DNA of 64,000 bases from Alphaproteobacteria bacterium (lineage in GTDB: Bacteria; Pseudomonadota; Alphaproteobacteria; CAISOG01): NCBI GenBank assembly GCA_044345375.1, contig JBIJBF010000005.1:19932-83931 (forward strand), read 5' to 3'. The translations under genes and the position numbers were made by a program. Within the stretch, counting starts at the first letter, position 1. The number at the start of each line of letters is the position of its first letter. Shown piece after piece: positions 43,463-54,058 of the stretch. Below the pieces are notes generated by a model. The model made no database searches and was not told the origin of the DNA. It saw nothing but the letters and a program-made list of their open reading frames with translations.

Positions 43463-43917
43463 CCCATCAAGGTGGCGGCGCTGTAGATATCCCCATTGAC
43501 GTAGGAGCTGATATGGCGGATGCCATCCTCAAGCTCCACCCGCACGCTTTCGTACAGTTCTTGCATCGATACAACCGCGATGATGTCGCCATTGACCTCA
43601 ACCGGCAGGTGGCGAATTCCATGTTCACGCATCAATCCCAAGGCCTTCTCCGTCGTATCAAAGGGGGAAATGGTGGTGGTCAGGGGCGACATAACAGATT
43701 TCAACGGGGTAAGCGTGGGATCCAATTTGCCAGCGGCGACCTTCATCAACAAATCCCGTTCGCTAAACGATCCGCAAATGGTGTTGTGTTCGGTTACAAA
43801 CAGGATCGCGATGTTGCGTTCTGCCATGATCTGACAGGCCATCTGGACGGTGGTGTTTGCCGGAACCGATGTGACACCCATTTTCTTGAAAATCTTGTTG
43901 AGAGCACGATACGTCAT
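43459..43917 (-). CDS. CBS-domain pair protein
   Basis: Two CBS motifs (VTSV..ANTTVQMACQIMAERNIAILFV and ALGLMREHGIRHLPV). Confidence 0.65.
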   Translation of the reverse strand: MTYRALNKIFKKMGVTSVPANTTVQMACQIMAERNIAILFVTEHNTICGSFSERDLLMKVAAGKLDPTLTPLKSVMSPLTTTISPFDTTEKALGLMREHGIRHLPVEVNGDIIAVVSMQELYESVRVELEDGIRHISSYVNGDIYSAATLMG

Positions 43918-44164
43918 TGAGAAACCTCCTTTGGTAACACTTCCTTAATATACCACAAAAACGCCCAAAATCAGCAAAAATATTTTTTATGGTGGTTGAC
44001 ATTTCGATTCTTCAGGAATAAAAAGAGAGGTTTTTTTTGTGCGGCGCAGCAAAAATGCTGAGCAAACCCGTGATCTGCTGCTGTCTTCCATTTCAATACC
44101 CCCTGTTCAAATGGGGGAAAAACCCGTAAACCAAAGAGATCAATTCTTTTGGAAAGGGCAGGGG

Positions 44165-47062
44165 ATGCAGCATCGTATTCTGGTTTGTGGCGCGCGTGAG
44201 CATAATTTAAAGAATATCACGGTTGAGCTGCCACGCGATCAGTTGATCGTGATCACGGGGCTTAGCGGATCGGGCAAATCGTCGCTGGCTTTTGACACGA
44301 TTTATGCTGAGGGGCAGCGGCGGTATGTGGAGAGTTTGTCGGCCTATGCCCGCCAGTTTTTGGAGATGGTGCACAAGCCCGATGTCGATAGCATTGAGGG
44401 GTTGTCGCCCGCCATCGCTATTCAGCAAAAAACCACCAGCAACAACCCGCGCTCAACCGTTGGTACGGTGACCGAGATTTATGATTACCTGCGCCTGTTG
44501 TTTGCGCGGGCGGGCGTGCCCCATTCCCCCACCACCGGCCTGCCGATCGAAAGCCAAACCGTTAGCCAAATGGTCGATGGCATCATGCAATTGCCTGAGG
44601 GATCAAAATTGTTGCTGATCGCCCCGGTCATCAGCGGCCGCAAGGGCGAGTATAAGAAGGAGCTGCAGGAGTTGCGGCGCAAGGGCTATCAGCGGCTGCG
44701 CATCGATGGGACCATCTATAACGATGACGATCCCCTGCCCACCCTGGCCAAAACCAAGGCGCACAGCATTGAGGTGGTGGTGGATCGGGTGGTGGTGGCA
44801 CCAGAATTGGGCAACCGCCTGGCCGATAGTGTTGAGGCGGCGTTAAAGCTGTCGTCTGGCCTGCTGCTGGTGGAATCGGTGGATGGCAAGATCAAGCAGC
44901 GCTATTCCAGCCTGCACGCCTGCCCCGAATCAGGCTTTACCATGCCGGAGATTGAGCCGCGCCTGTTTTCCTTCAACAGCCCCTATGGCGCGTGCCCCAC
45001 CTGCACCGGCCTTGGCAGCATGCTCGGTTTTGGTGTTGATTTGGTGGTGCCGGATAAACGGCTTAGCCTGCGCGATGGCGCGATTGCCCCCTGGCCGCAT
45101 GAGGGGCGCCAGCCGGCAGCCAGCCTTTACCTCCAAATCCTGCAGTCGTTATGCACCTATGCCCAGCAATCGATGTTGACCCCGTGGCGTGATCTGCCCG
45201 CCAGTTTTCAGCAATTGGTGTTGTACGGCAGCGGCACGGTGGGGATCCCGATGCAGATTGATGGGGTGCGGCTGGATAGCAAGCGCGGCAAGCTTACGAG
45301 CCACGCGCCATTTGTGGGCGTCATCCCCGGCTTGCAAAGAACCTGGGAGGACGCCAATGGCTGGCAGCGTTCTGTGTTGGAGCAATTTATGGAGCCAGCT
45401 CCCTGCAGCGACTGCAACGGGTACCGTCTGAAGCCTGAGGCCTTGTGCGTGAAGCTGGCCGATCACCATATTGGGCAGATTAGCGCCATGTCGGTGGCCG
45501 ATGCCCTGCCGTGGATCCAGGCGCTGCCCGCCAAGCTTAGCCAAAAGCAGCAGGCAATCGCGGAAAGGGTGCTGAAGGAAATTGGCGAGCGCCTTAGCTT
45601 TTTGCATGATGTGGGGCTCAGCTACCTAACCCTGTCACGCCCAGCTGGCACGCTGTCGGGGGGGGAGAGCCAGCGCATCCAGCTGGCCTCGCAAATTGGC
45701 GCGGGGCTGACCGGCGTGTTGTATGTGTTGGATGAGCCCAGTATTGGGTTGCATCAGCATGACAACCAAAAATTGCTCAACACCCTGCAACGGCTAAAAG
45801 ACCTGGGCAACACGGTGATCGTGGTGGAACATGATGAGGATGCGATGCGTCAGGCCGACTATCTGTTGGATATGGGGCCAGGGGCGGGCGTGCACGGCGG
45901 CCAGGTGGTGGCGATCGGCACGCCGCAGCAGGTGATGGCCAATCCCGACAGCCTGACCGCTGCCTATCTCACCGGCACCAAACGGATTGAGCGGTTGCAA
46001 CCCATCCGCACCCCCAACCCCAAACGGGTGCTGACCATCAAAAACGCCCGCGGCAACAATCTTAAGGGGGTGGACGCCACCATTCCGCTGAGCTGTTTTG
46101 TCTGCGTCACTGGCCTGTCGGGCAGCGGCAAATCGACCCTGATTCTGGATACCCTGTACCAGGGGGTGGCGCGCCGTTTTAATAGCAGCCATGATCCGGC
46201 GGCGCCGCATGATGCGATTACCGGCATGGAATATATCGACAAGGTGATCGATATGGACCAAAGCCCGATCGGCCGCACGCCGCGATCCAACCCCGCCACC
46301 TATATCGGCGCCTTTACCCCCATCCGCGATTGGTTTGCCGGCCTGCCGGAATCCAAGGCGCGTGGTTATTTGCCTGGGCGGTTCTCCTTTAACGTCAAAG
46401 GCGGGCGGTGCGAGGCGTGCCAGGGCGATGGGCTGATCAAAATCGAAATGCACTTCCTGCCCGATGTCTATGTGGATTGCGATCAATGCCACGGCCAACG
46501 CTACAACCGCGAAACCTTGGAGGTCACCTATCGCGAGCAGTCGATCGCGCAGGTGCTGGCGATGACGATTGAGGAGGGGGCGGCGTTTTTCAGCGCGGTG
46601 CCCAGCATCCGTGAAAAGCTGCAGGTGCTGGTGGATGTTGGGCTTGGCTATGTCAAGCTGGGGCAATCCGCCACCACCCTGTCGGGGGGTGAGGCGCAAC
46701 GGGTGAAGCTGGCCAAGGAACTGACCCGCCGTGCCACCGGCCGCACCCTGTATATCCTGGATGAGCCCACCACCGGTTTGCATTTCGAGGATATTCGCAG
46801 GCTGTTGATCGTGCTGCAACGCCTGGTGGATCAGGGCAACACCGTGGTGGTGATTGAACACAACCTCGACGTGATCAAAACCGCCGATTGGCTGATCGAC
46901 CTGGGGCCTGAGGGGGGGGACGGCGGCGGCCAAATCATCGCCACCGGCACGCCTGAGCAGGTGGCCAAGGTCAAGGGCAGCTACACCGGCCAATACCTAC
47001 AACGCCTGCTCGCCCCCAAACTTGGTACCGCTGCGAACGGGCCGGGTGCGGTGGCGGCGTAG
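44165..47062 (+). CDS. uvrA: Excinuclease ABC subunit A
   Basis: Two ABC modules ([14 protein letters not shown] and [14 protein letters not shown]), zinc-finger CxxC pairs and LSGGE signatures. Start placed at MQHRILV (44165). Confidence 0.95.
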   Translation: MQHRILVCGAREHNLKNITVELPRDQLIVITGLSGSGKSSLAFDTIYAEGQRRYVESLSAYARQFLEMVHKPDVDSIEGLSPAIAIQQKTTSNNPRSTVGTVTEIYDYLRLLFARAGVPHSPTTGLPIESQTVSQMVDGIMQLPEGSKLLLIAPVISGRKGEYKKELQELRRKGYQRLRIDGTIYNDDDPLPTLAKTKAHSIEVVVDRVVVAPELGNRLADSVEAALKLSSGLLLVESVDGKIKQRYSSLHACPESGFTMPEIEPRLFSFNSPYGACPTCTGLGSMLGFGVDLVVPDKRLSLRDGAIAPWPHEGRQPAASLYLQILQSLCTYAQQSMLTPWRDLPASFQQLVLYGSGTVGIPMQIDGVRLDSKRGKLTSHAPFVGVIPGLQRTWEDANGWQRSVLEQFMEPAPCSDCNGYRLKPEALCVKLADHHIGQISAMSVADALPWIQALPAKLSQKQQAIAERVLKEIGERLSFLHDVGLSYLTLSRPAGTLSGGESQRIQLASQIGAGLTGVLYVLDEPSIGLHQHDNQKLLNTLQRLKDLGNTVIVVEHDEDAMRQADYLLDMGPGAGVHGGQVVAIGTPQQVMANPDSLTAAYLTGTKRIERLQPIRTPNPKRVLTIKNARGNNLKGVDATIPLSCFVCVTGLSGSGKSTLILDTLYQGVARRFNSSHDPAAPHDAITGMEYIDKVIDMDQSPIGRTPRSNPATYIGAFTPIRDWFAGLPESKARGYLPGRFSFNVKGGRCEACQGDGLIKIEMHFLPDVYVDCDQCHGQRYNRETLEVTYREQSIAQVLAMTIEEGAAFFSAVPSIREKLQVLVDVGLGYVKLGQSATTLSGGEAQRVKLAKELTRRATGRTLYILDEPTTGLHFEDIRRLLIVLQRLVDQGNTVVVIEHNLDVIKTADWLIDLGPEGGDGGGQIIATGTPEQVAKVKGSYTGQYLQRLLAPKLGTAANGPGAVAA

Positions 47063-47065
47063 GGG

Positions 47066-47151
47066 GAATTCCCCTCCCGCGGAGGGGTGCCCGAAGGGCG
47101 GGGTGGTTCTTTGTGTCAGCAAAAATGCAGCAATGGACGGTTGACCAACCC
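47066..47151. repeat. Family-A repeat, copy 5: truncated (arm A plus partial core, no A')
   Basis: GAATTCCCCTCCCGCGGAGGGGTGCCCGAAGGGCGGGGTGGTTC followed by TTTGTGTCAGCAAAAATGCAGCAATGGACGGTTGACCAA, the same core as copy 1. Homology is then lost. Confidence 0.75.
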
Positions 47152-47180
47152 TTTTTTGAAAGAAGGTGCGCGTCCCTAAG

Positions 47181-47235
47181 TGTTTAGTTCCTTAGTCTTG
47201 CGGTATAACATACCGCAAGACTAAGGAACTAAACA
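47181..47235. repeat. Perfect inverted repeat with 26-bp arms and a 3-nt loop (TGTTTAGTTCCTTAGTCTTGCGGTAT-AAC-ATACCGCAAGACTAAGGAACTAAACA)
   Basis: Checked by hand: the right arm is the exact reverse complement of the left. AT-richer than the surrounding DNA. It sits exactly where homology to the transposase remnant ends. Confidence 0.85.
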
Positions 47236-47371
47236 AATAATGTCCCAATCATCCGCCCTGCAAAGCACCCCCACCAGCGTCACCAACAACACCTCGCTCA
47301 ACGAATACGTCACCATCCCCGCCACCCGATGGTTCGGCACGTCCTTGATATACTCCAAAAAGCTTATCATC
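47222..47371 (-). pseudogene. ISAs1-family (H-repeat-associated) transposase, N-terminal 45-aa remnant
   Basis: MISFLEYIKDVPNHRVAGMVTYSLSEVLLVTLVGVLCRADDWD matches the DDE_Tnp_1-associated N-terminal domain of ISAs1 transposases. GAGGAG Shine-Dalgarno upstream. The frame then runs into the palindrome and stops. Confidence 0.6.
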
Positions 47372-47510
47372 GTGGGTTCTCCTCACAAAACCCACAAAAA
47401 ACCCGCCCAAAATTAATAAATCGTTAACGATTGAGTATTTCGCCCTGTTTTGTGCAGCAGGGGGGTGATTTTATGTAGCAAGGGGGTGCTTTTGTGCTAA
47501 AAGATCGGGT

Positions 47511-48149
47511 ATGACTCTATTGGCCAACGACCCATCCTATCAGTATTTTCGCGGCAACCGCTATGATTTTCGTCGGCTTGAGGGGACGGACGATCTGCAG
47601 GCGATTTTGGATCTCAGCCAGCAGGTCTATGGGCAGGCGGCGGTTGATTTGGACACCAGACAGCGGTGGAGTGCGCGCTTCCCTGACGGCAATTTGGGCT
47701 GTTTCTTTTGCGGTGTGCTGGTCGGTTTTCTCAGCATTTGGCCGATCAGCGCCAGCGATGCCGAGGCGTTGGAGGCTGGGCAATTGCATGAGGGGCAGGT
47801 GACGCCGCTGACCTTGGCAGAGTGTCAGCAGCAACCGGCGGGGCATTGGCTGTGTCTTTCCATCATCATTTCGGATGTGTTTCGGGGGCTGGCCGGCAGC
47901 CCGATCAAGCATTTGATTGAACAGGCCCTGCTGCGCCTGCATGCGCAGCGGTTGTTGGCAGAACCTTTCCATCTATACGCCCAGGCCTCAACGCCTGAGG
48001 GGATGCGGCTGATGTTGCGCAGCGGCTTTGCCGAGTGCCGCACCGCCGATCAAATGCCCAACGCCCTGCCGCTGCATTGCGTGCGTTGCCCAACCATTGC
48101 ATCGTTGCAAACCACCCTGCTACGTGGGGCGAGCAGCCTGTTAAGCTAA
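47511..48149 (+). CDS. Hypothetical protein, possibly an acyl-CoA N-acyltransferase (GNAT-like) fold
   Basis: 212 aa with no strong motif. A weak GNAT-like segment (LCLSIIISDVFRGLAGSPIKHLIEQAL). Lies next to the IS remnant. Confidence 0.3.
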   Translation: MTLLANDPSYQYFRGNRYDFRRLEGTDDLQAILDLSQQVYGQAAVDLDTRQRWSARFPDGNLGCFFCGVLVGFLSIWPISASDAEALEAGQLHEGQVTPLTLAECQQQPAGHWLCLSIIISDVFRGLAGSPIKHLIEQALLRLHAQRLLAEPFHLYAQASTPEGMRLMLRSGFAECRTADQMPNALPLHCVRCPTIASLQTTLLRGASSLLS

Positions 48150-48202
48150 GGAATTTGGTGCACCCCTACCATAGGGGGTGGGGATGTGGTATAGGGGTGG
48201 GT

Positions 48203-49042
48203 ATGATTGATGCAATTTCTGATGCGCTGGCGTGGCTTTTTGGCTCGATCGGTCAGATTTTTGGCCATAAAACGGCGCGTCACCATGCCCAAAATGAGGG
48301 CGATTGGATTCAGGTTGGCCCCTTTTTGCGGCGGCGAAAAGCCGGTGGGCTTTATGATCCGCAAGAAAATGAGCTGGTGGACAACCAAACGGTGATGATC
48401 GCTATCGCGGTTTTTGCCGCGGAGCTGTGCCTGTCGGATGGCCATGCGGATGAGGAGGAGCGGGCGGCCTTTGCCAATATTTTTTCCTTCCCAGGCTATG
48501 ATCAGCAGGCGGTTCAGGAGCTGTTAAACGAGGCTGAGCGGATGGCGCCGGCTGGCGCGGATGCGGTGGCGACCCGCTTTTTTGGCGAACGCCTGGGCGA
48601 GATTCGCAGCCTGCACAAAAACGCCCGCATCAAAGTTATCATCGGGCTTTGTCACGTGGCGCAGGTCGGCGGCATTAGCGGCGGTGAGCGGGAGTATTTG
48701 TGTAAAGTGGCGGAGGCTATCGGTTTTTCGCGCGGCGAATTTGAGGATTTGTTTAAGCAATATCAGGAGCATTTGGTGCCGCCAGCCTCGCTGGAGGCGG
48801 CGCACGAGCATGGGGAGCATTTGGGGCATGTGGAGGCCAGCCTAACCGCGGCCGAAAAAAGCGTATCGGCCGAGATTGCCTATGCGCGTAAGGAACAGCT
48901 GAACAGCCAGTTGGAGGCGATGCGTCAGTTAAACACCAAGGAGTCAACCAAGGTGGGGCAGGGCAGCGGCGGCAACAGCCAGCTTGACGCCGCCTTTGCC
49001 ACCCAACGCGCCAAGCAACAGGGCGATGGCAAAATGCTCTGA
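48203..49042 (+). CDS. TerB-like domain protein (DjlA N-domain-like) with an acidic/His-rich C-terminal tail
   Basis: Two TerB-like helical repeats (MIAIAVFAAELCLSDGHADEEERAAFANIF and KVIIGLCHVAQVGGISGGEREYLCKVAEAIGF). Confidence 0.45.
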   Translation: MIDAISDALAWLFGSIGQIFGHKTARHHAQNEGDWIQVGPFLRRRKAGGLYDPQENELVDNQTVMIAIAVFAAELCLSDGHADEEERAAFANIFSFPGYDQQAVQELLNEAERMAPAGADAVATRFFGERLGEIRSLHKNARIKVIIGLCHVAQVGGISGGEREYLCKVAEAIGFSRGEFEDLFKQYQEHLVPPASLEAAHEHGEHLGHVEASLTAAEKSVSAEIAYARKEQLNSQLEAMRQLNTKESTKVGQGSGGNSQLDAAFATQRAKQQGDGKML

Positions 49043-49062
49043 TGCTTGAGTTTTTTGCCAGC

Positions 49063-49659
49063 TTAAGGCAGCAAATGGCCCATAAGATCGCGCTTGGTGC
49101 CTAAATAGGCTTGGTTTAGCGGGTTGCTGCCCACCTGCAACCGTTGGCTGCTTTCAACCTTGATGCCCGCTTGGGTAAGGGCGTCAAGCTTGGCCGGGTT
49201 GTTGGTTAGCAGGCGGATTTCGGTCAGCTGAAAATGCCCCAGCATGGCGATGGCGGCGGCATAATCCCGCTGGTCAGTAGGCAAGCCCAGCTGGTGGTTG
49301 GCCTCAAGCGTGTTGGCGCCCTGATCCTGCAGCTGATAGGCGCGTATTTTGTTGCCCAGCCCAATTCCGCGCCCCTCATGCCCGCGCAGGTACAGCAGCA
49401 AGCCGTTTTGCGAGGCCGCGATCATCGCCAAGGCTGCCTGCAACTGTGGGCCGCAGTCGCAGCGCAGGGAGCCCAACGCATCGCCGGTCAGGCATTCCGA
49501 ATGCAGCCGCACCAGCGCGCCGTTGGTGGGTGCGGTGGTGGTGGCCAGCGCCAAATGCTCCAACCCGCTGGCCTGCTCGCGAAAGGCCGACAGCGCAAAA
49601 CTGCCGTGCGGGGTGGGCAGGGTGGTGGTGGCAAGATGGTTCAGCATTAAGGGGATCAT
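49063..49659 (-). CDS. ribA: GTP cyclohydrolase II
   Basis: RLHSECLTGDALGSLRCDCGPQL zinc site and YLRGHEGRGIGL. Confidence 0.9.
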   Translation of the reverse strand: MIPLMLNHLATTTLPTPHGSFALSAFREQASGLEHLALATTTAPTNGALVRLHSECLTGDALGSLRCDCGPQLQAALAMIAASQNGLLLYLRGHEGRGIGLGNKIRAYQLQDQGANTLEANHQLGLPTDQRDYAAAIAMLGHFQLTEIRLLTNNPAKLDALTQAGIKVESSQRLQVGSNPLNQAYLGTKRDLMGHLLP

Positions 49660-49688
49660 GATGGTGGGATAAGGGGGGGCGGCTAAGC

Positions 49689-50780
49689 TTAAAGCGGCAG
49701 CCAGTTTTCTAGACTAAACAGGGCAGGGTTAAAAGGCAAATAGGGGGGGGGCTGATGGCTGCGGGGCAGGAAGTTGATCGGCAGGGGGGCGGCGGGATCC
49801 CCGTTCAGATAGCAGGTGACGACATCATCTTCCACAGGGCTGGGGTGCGTGATATGCACCAACAGGTTCCACGCGCCTTGGGCAAAAATCTGGGTTAGCA
49901 GGGTGGGGCCAGCCTCAACCAACACTTCCAACACCCCGGCTTTGCCCAGGGCGGCGATGGCGGTGATTAGATCATCGGCGTGCTGCACGATGAAGCCATG
50001 CTGGCTGGCTTGTGCGTCATAGCTTGGCGGCACGCGGTGGCGTCGATCAAGCACCACCAAGTGCCGTTGCGTGTCGGGAAAGTCAGGGACATGGCGCACG
50101 GTGAACAGCGGGTTATCGCTAAGCACCGTGCCGCTGCCGGTTAACAGCGCGCCCGCCTTTTTGCGCAGGCGGTGAGCCAAGCGCAGGGATTCTGGGCTGG
50201 TAAAGGTGCGCTGGCCTGGGGGGGGGATCATCGCGTTTTGCCAGGACAGCTTGTCAGAAGAATGGCTGGCGAGTTTGACGGTGACCCAGGGCAGGCCGGT
50301 TTGCTGGTGGTACAAAAAGGGCGCCAGCTGTTGGCGGCAGGCTTGCTCCCAATTGGTGGTTTTTTGGGGGGCCACCACTACCTCAACCCCTGCCGCCCGC
50401 AGGCGTTCGATGCCGCCACCGGCCTTGGGGCTTGGATCACGCACCCCAACCCACACACGGCGAACGCCGGCCTGCAACAGCGCATCAACGCAAGGCGGCG
50501 TGCGGCCATGGTGGTTGCAGGGCTCTAGGGTTACCGCCAAGCCGTCGATCTGTTCCAGCAGGCCTTGTTCGCGGCATTGTTGCAGCACCAGCACCTCGGC
50601 ATGACCCTGACCCGCCCGTTGGTGGGCGGCGGCGGCCAAAATTAGGCCATTCTGGCTAACCGCGGCGGCGCCAACGGTTGGATTGACGATGGCCGAGCCC
50701 AACCAAGCTTGCGCTACCGCTAAGGCTGATTGTTCCGCCAACTGCTGGGGGTTGGGGGTAAGCTGATCCTTAGGGGTCAA
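49689..50780 (-). CDS. ribD: Bifunctional riboflavin biosynthesis deaminase/reductase
   Basis: CMP/dCMP-deaminase zinc motifs (HAEV...EPCNHHGRTPPC) and a C-terminal RibD reductase domain. Confidence 0.85.
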   Translation of the reverse strand: MTPKDQLTPNPQQLAEQSALAVAQAWLGSAIVNPTVGAAAVSQNGLILAAAAHQRAGQGHAEVLVLQQCREQGLLEQIDGLAVTLEPCNHHGRTPPCVDALLQAGVRRVWVGVRDPSPKAGGGIERLRAAGVEVVVAPQKTTNWEQACRQQLAPFLYHQQTGLPWVTVKLASHSSDKLSWQNAMIPPPGQRTFTSPESLRLAHRLRKKAGALLTGSGTVLSDNPLFTVRHVPDFPDTQRHLVVLDRRHRVPPSYDAQASQHGFIVQHADDLITAIAALGKAGVLEVLVEAGPTLLTQIFAQGAWNLLVHITHPSPVEDDVVTCYLNGDPAAPLPINFLPRSHQPPPYLPFNPALFSLENWLPL

Positions 50781-52089
50781 TCGCTTTGACCACCAGCGAT
50801 TCCATTTTTACGGTCAACAGATCGTATTTAAACCCGGGCAGTTTAATCAACCACGGCCCCAGCTGTTGGTTGATGCTGGCCGCCGCCTGCTTGGCGGTTT
50901 CATCGGCGGTATCGGTGGTGCTGGCGGCAAAGGCCACCCAACCGTTTTCGGATGGGGTGGTGGACCAGGTCGCGGTGATGATCAGGCCGGTAAAGCTGGT
51001 AAAGCGGGAGGTGCCAAAGCCATGACCGGCGCTGTCCAGCAAGGGCCGTTCCGCCACCTTTCTCACATCCTCAAACTCCATAAAAGCGAGGCTAGAGGCA
51101 ATGCCCGGCAGCATTTTGTCTGAGAGCAATTCGGTGGATGGGGGTTGGTTGAGGATGGCGAGGGGCTTTTCCGCCTCCTCATGACCAATTTGCAGTTCCA
51201 ACCATTTGGGCTTGGTTTCGGCGGGTTTTGGCTTGGCATCTTTGGGTTGGTTGGCCGCATTCTCCGCCGCATCTGCGGTTTCGGGTTGGGTGATGCTTAA
51301 AGACTTAACGCTGGTCAGCGGCATGTCGATCAGGCTGCCACGCAGAAAAAGCGTGCTGGTGTTGGGCAGGGCGGCCAAGCCATCCACCAGCCAAACTTGG
51401 GGATCGCCCGCCAAACGGACAAAGCCATAGGCCGTGCCGCTTTTGGCGCCCGCCGTTTGCATTTTGCCCAGCAACACATCGGCCAGAATCTTATCCGAGG
51501 CATCGGCAATGGTTAGCTGAACCGAGTTTGGAATGGTCTCAGCTTTTTTGTCGTCTTTTTTTTCTGCAGTTTGCTTGTCATCGGTTTTTTGATCAGTTGG
51601 CGGTGTTTGATCCGCCGCCTTTTCATCGGCCGCAGGTTTTTTGTCTTGATCGGTTTTTTCGTCTGTCGTTGTGGTTTTTTGGTCTTCGGGCTTTTTGGCC
51701 GGCTGATCCTCAACATTCAGTTGCGCGTGGTTGGCGGGATCTTTGGTTTTGGCCTCAAGTTTTTGCAGATTGGCGACGCTAAGCAGCAGGGCGCGCAGGC
51801 GCACCGTTTCCGCGGGAAAATCCTGCTTGCTGGCCACCACCCAGTCGTTGTCTTTTTTGACCAGCTTGGCCTCAAGCGGTCCACGGCGGATGGTTACCGC
51901 CGCCACCTGATCCAATTGTTCGCCAAGTTTGGGGAACAGCAGCGTGCCGCCATCGTTGTGGCCCAAGCGTTCCGACCAATTGCTGATGGTGGCCAGCAGC
52001 ACCACAACGCCCAGAAACATCAGAAAGCGGATTGCCACCCCAGGCAAAAAAGATTGGCGGGCGGGCGGGGTTTTAGGCGGTTTTGGCAT
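50770..52089 (-). CDS. DUF4340-family protein (auxiliary component of the Gld-like ABC module) with a K/D/T/E-rich low-complexity insert
   Basis: N-terminal transmembrane anchor, position immediately downstream of the gldG-like gene, and a ~70-aa charged insert (KKPEDQKTTTTDEKTDQDKKPAADEKAADQTPPTDQKTDDKQTAEKKDDKK). Confidence 0.55.
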   Translation of the reverse strand: MPKPPKTPPARQSFLPGVAIRFLMFLGVVVLLATISNWSERLGHNDGGTLLFPKLGEQLDQVAAVTIRRGPLEAKLVKKDNDWVVASKQDFPAETVRLRALLLSVANLQKLEAKTKDPANHAQLNVEDQPAKKPEDQKTTTTDEKTDQDKKPAADEKAADQTPPTDQKTDDKQTAEKKDDKKAETIPNSVQLTIADASDKILADVLLGKMQTAGAKSGTAYGFVRLAGDPQVWLVDGLAALPNTSTLFLRGSLIDMPLTSVKSLSITQPETADAAENAANQPKDAKPKPAETKPKWLELQIGHEEAEKPLAILNQPPSTELLSDKMLPGIASSLAFMEFEDVRKVAERPLLDSAGHGFGTSRFTSFTGLIITATWSTTPSENGWVAFAASTTDTADETAKQAAASINQQLGPWLIKLPGFKYDLLTVKMESLVVKAIDP

Positions 52090-54058
52090 GGTTGTTCTCC
52101 AAAACAGGCAAGGCTTTGAGTTTGGCTTTTTTGGGACGGCTTAGCAGCAATTGAACCAGCAGGGCGATCAGCAGCACCACCGGAATCAACAGGGTGCAAA
52201 TCAGCAACAGCTGGATTTTCAAGCGCTGCAGATCAGCCTGCAAGGCGGCCTGCACCTGACGCAGCTTTTTGCGAATTTCCAGGGCATCGGCGCGGAATTT
52301 TTGGATTGCCGCGTTCTGCTCAGCCGAAACGCCCACCGCTTGCCCAGATCCCGCATCGGCGGCTCCTGGAGAGGTCTGGCCGCTTTGCAGCTGCGCCAAC
52401 TGCGCCTCGGTTTCTTTCAGTTTTTGCTGCAGCTGTTTTTCCTGTTCACGGAAACGCACCTCAGCCTCCGACTGCAAGCGATTCACCCGCACAAAGGGGC
52501 GCAGGCCGGTGCCGCGGGAGCGCAGGGATACAAGAGCGTCGCTGCCCACCAGATTGTCCATGGCGTTGAAAAACAGATCGCCATTGCCGGCCTTGGGCTT
52601 GCCCACCACCTGACCATAGAACTCCTCCAGCGACAGCCATTGCTCATCGGCCAGGAAATCCGTGTCGGCGATCACCACCAAACGCAGGTCATGCTCGCCC
52701 TTGCTGATAAATTTCTGGCCAGCCTCCCGCACAAAGGGGTTGTTGGGTTGATCGGTGTAAAGCGAGGTGATGGGGCCATTAACCTTAGCCACCAAGGTCA
52801 CGGGCTTGCCCAAAGGCTCCTGCAGATCCGCCAGCGTGCTGGGATCCTTCAAATCGTTCATGACCTTGCGGGAGACCAAACTGGCCTTGTCGCTGGAGGT
52901 CACCAGGGTTGAAAACTGGGTGCTGGCGCCTGGAACCGCTTCCAGCGCGCCGGCTGAAGCAAAATTGAGGCCTGACAATTCACCGGTCATCGGGTCTTTC
53001 GACTCAATCCACTTTGGCCCCACCCCCAGCCATGGCAGATAGTCGATACGCTCTGCACCCTCCCCACGTTTTAGGGTGATTTGGCGGGCCAGCGTCGGAT
53101 CCAAGACGATTTTGGATTTCTCAATTTGCACGCCCCAACGCTTAAACAGCGCCAACAGTTTGTCGTCCAGCACCGTAAAGGGGCGGCCGATGTTTTGTCC
53201 GCCCAACTCATTTTCGGGCAGTGGATCCAGCACCGCTAGAATCCGCCCTTTGTGCATGGCGTATTGATCCAGCATGAAAATCGCCTGTTCGCTGATGTCG
53301 CGTGGTTGGATCAGGATCAGCATGTCAAAATCATTGCTCATCCCCTCCCCATCCGCCGCCACCAGCCGCACGTCATATTCCTTGGACAATTGGCGATAGA
53401 TCATCCAAGGCTGGCTGGGGGTGCCAGAAAGAATGCCGGCGCTGTCGCCCATGATCGGAATGCCGCTGAACAGGCCCACCACCGGCTTACGCTCCCGCGT
53501 TAGGCGTTCAACCAGCCTGGCCAAGTCGTATTCCAAAAAGGTCTCGCGATCCAGCTGGAAAAAGGGCAAGACCTCAATCTTATCGGTGGTGGTGGTGGCG
53601 ACCAAACCAAAGAACACGCTTTCCTGCTCACCAGCCGGCAGCGCTTTCAGGCCATAGGCCATCGCCCGATCCTCCTCCTCAGAAAAGGGGGTGGGGTTGA
53701 TGATCTGCAGCTTGATTTTGCCCTTGGTTTGTTGGTTCAGTTCCTGCAACAAATCGGTCACCCGGGTGGCGTAGCTGGCATAGGCGGGCGCCAACCGCCC
53801 CAAACGTTCGGAGTAGTACAATTTAAAGGTGATCGGTTCCTTAATCGTCGACAGCACCTGTTTGGTGCCCTTAGCTAGGGTAAACAGGCGCTCGCTGGTG
53901 GCATCCACCTTGGTCGTCCTAAGCCAAGGAAGGGCCAGGAAGAAAACCGCCAAACAAACAACCACCAACCCCCACCAACGGCGAGGGGAAAGAGGCGAAA
54001 AAAGTTTTTGAATCGATTGAAAAAACATGGTGCTACGCCGTTTTCTTAAGATGAACAA
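52073..54058 (-). CDS. GldG-like ABC-transporter auxiliary protein
   Basis: 660 aa with N- and C-terminal transmembrane helices flanking a large periplasmic region. Genomic context with the ABC-2 permease and ATPase. Confidence 0.65.
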   Translation of the reverse strand: MFILRKRRSTMFFQSIQKLFSPLSPRRWWGLVVVCLAVFFLALPWLRTTKVDATSERLFTLAKGTKQVLSTIKEPITFKLYYSERLGRLAPAYASYATRVTDLLQELNQQTKGKIKLQIINPTPFSEEEDRAMAYGLKALPAGEQESVFFGLVATTTTDKIEVLPFFQLDRETFLEYDLARLVERLTRERKPVVGLFSGIPIMGDSAGILSGTPSQPWMIYRQLSKEYDVRLVAADGEGMSNDFDMLILIQPRDISEQAIFMLDQYAMHKGRILAVLDPLPENELGGQNIGRPFTVLDDKLLALFKRWGVQIEKSKIVLDPTLARQITLKRGEGAERIDYLPWLGVGPKWIESKDPMTGELSGLNFASAGALEAVPGASTQFSTLVTSSDKASLVSRKVMNDLKDPSTLADLQEPLGKPVTLVAKVNGPITSLYTDQPNNPFVREAGQKFISKGEHDLRLVVIADTDFLADEQWLSLEEFYGQVVGKPKAGNGDLFFNAMDNLVGSDALVSLRSRGTGLRPFVRVNRLQSEAEVRFREQEKQLQQKLKETEAQLAQLQSGQTSPGAADAGSGQAVGVSAEQNAAIQKFRADALEIRKKLRQVQAALQADLQRLKIQLLLICTLLIPVVLLIALLVQLLLSRPKKAKLKALPVLENNHAKTA

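Noticed and set aside
43918-44164. LexA (SOS) box upstream of uvrA
   Set aside because: I looked for the alphaproteobacterial GTTC-N7-GTTC / GAAC-N7-GAAC motif by eye and did not find a convincing match.
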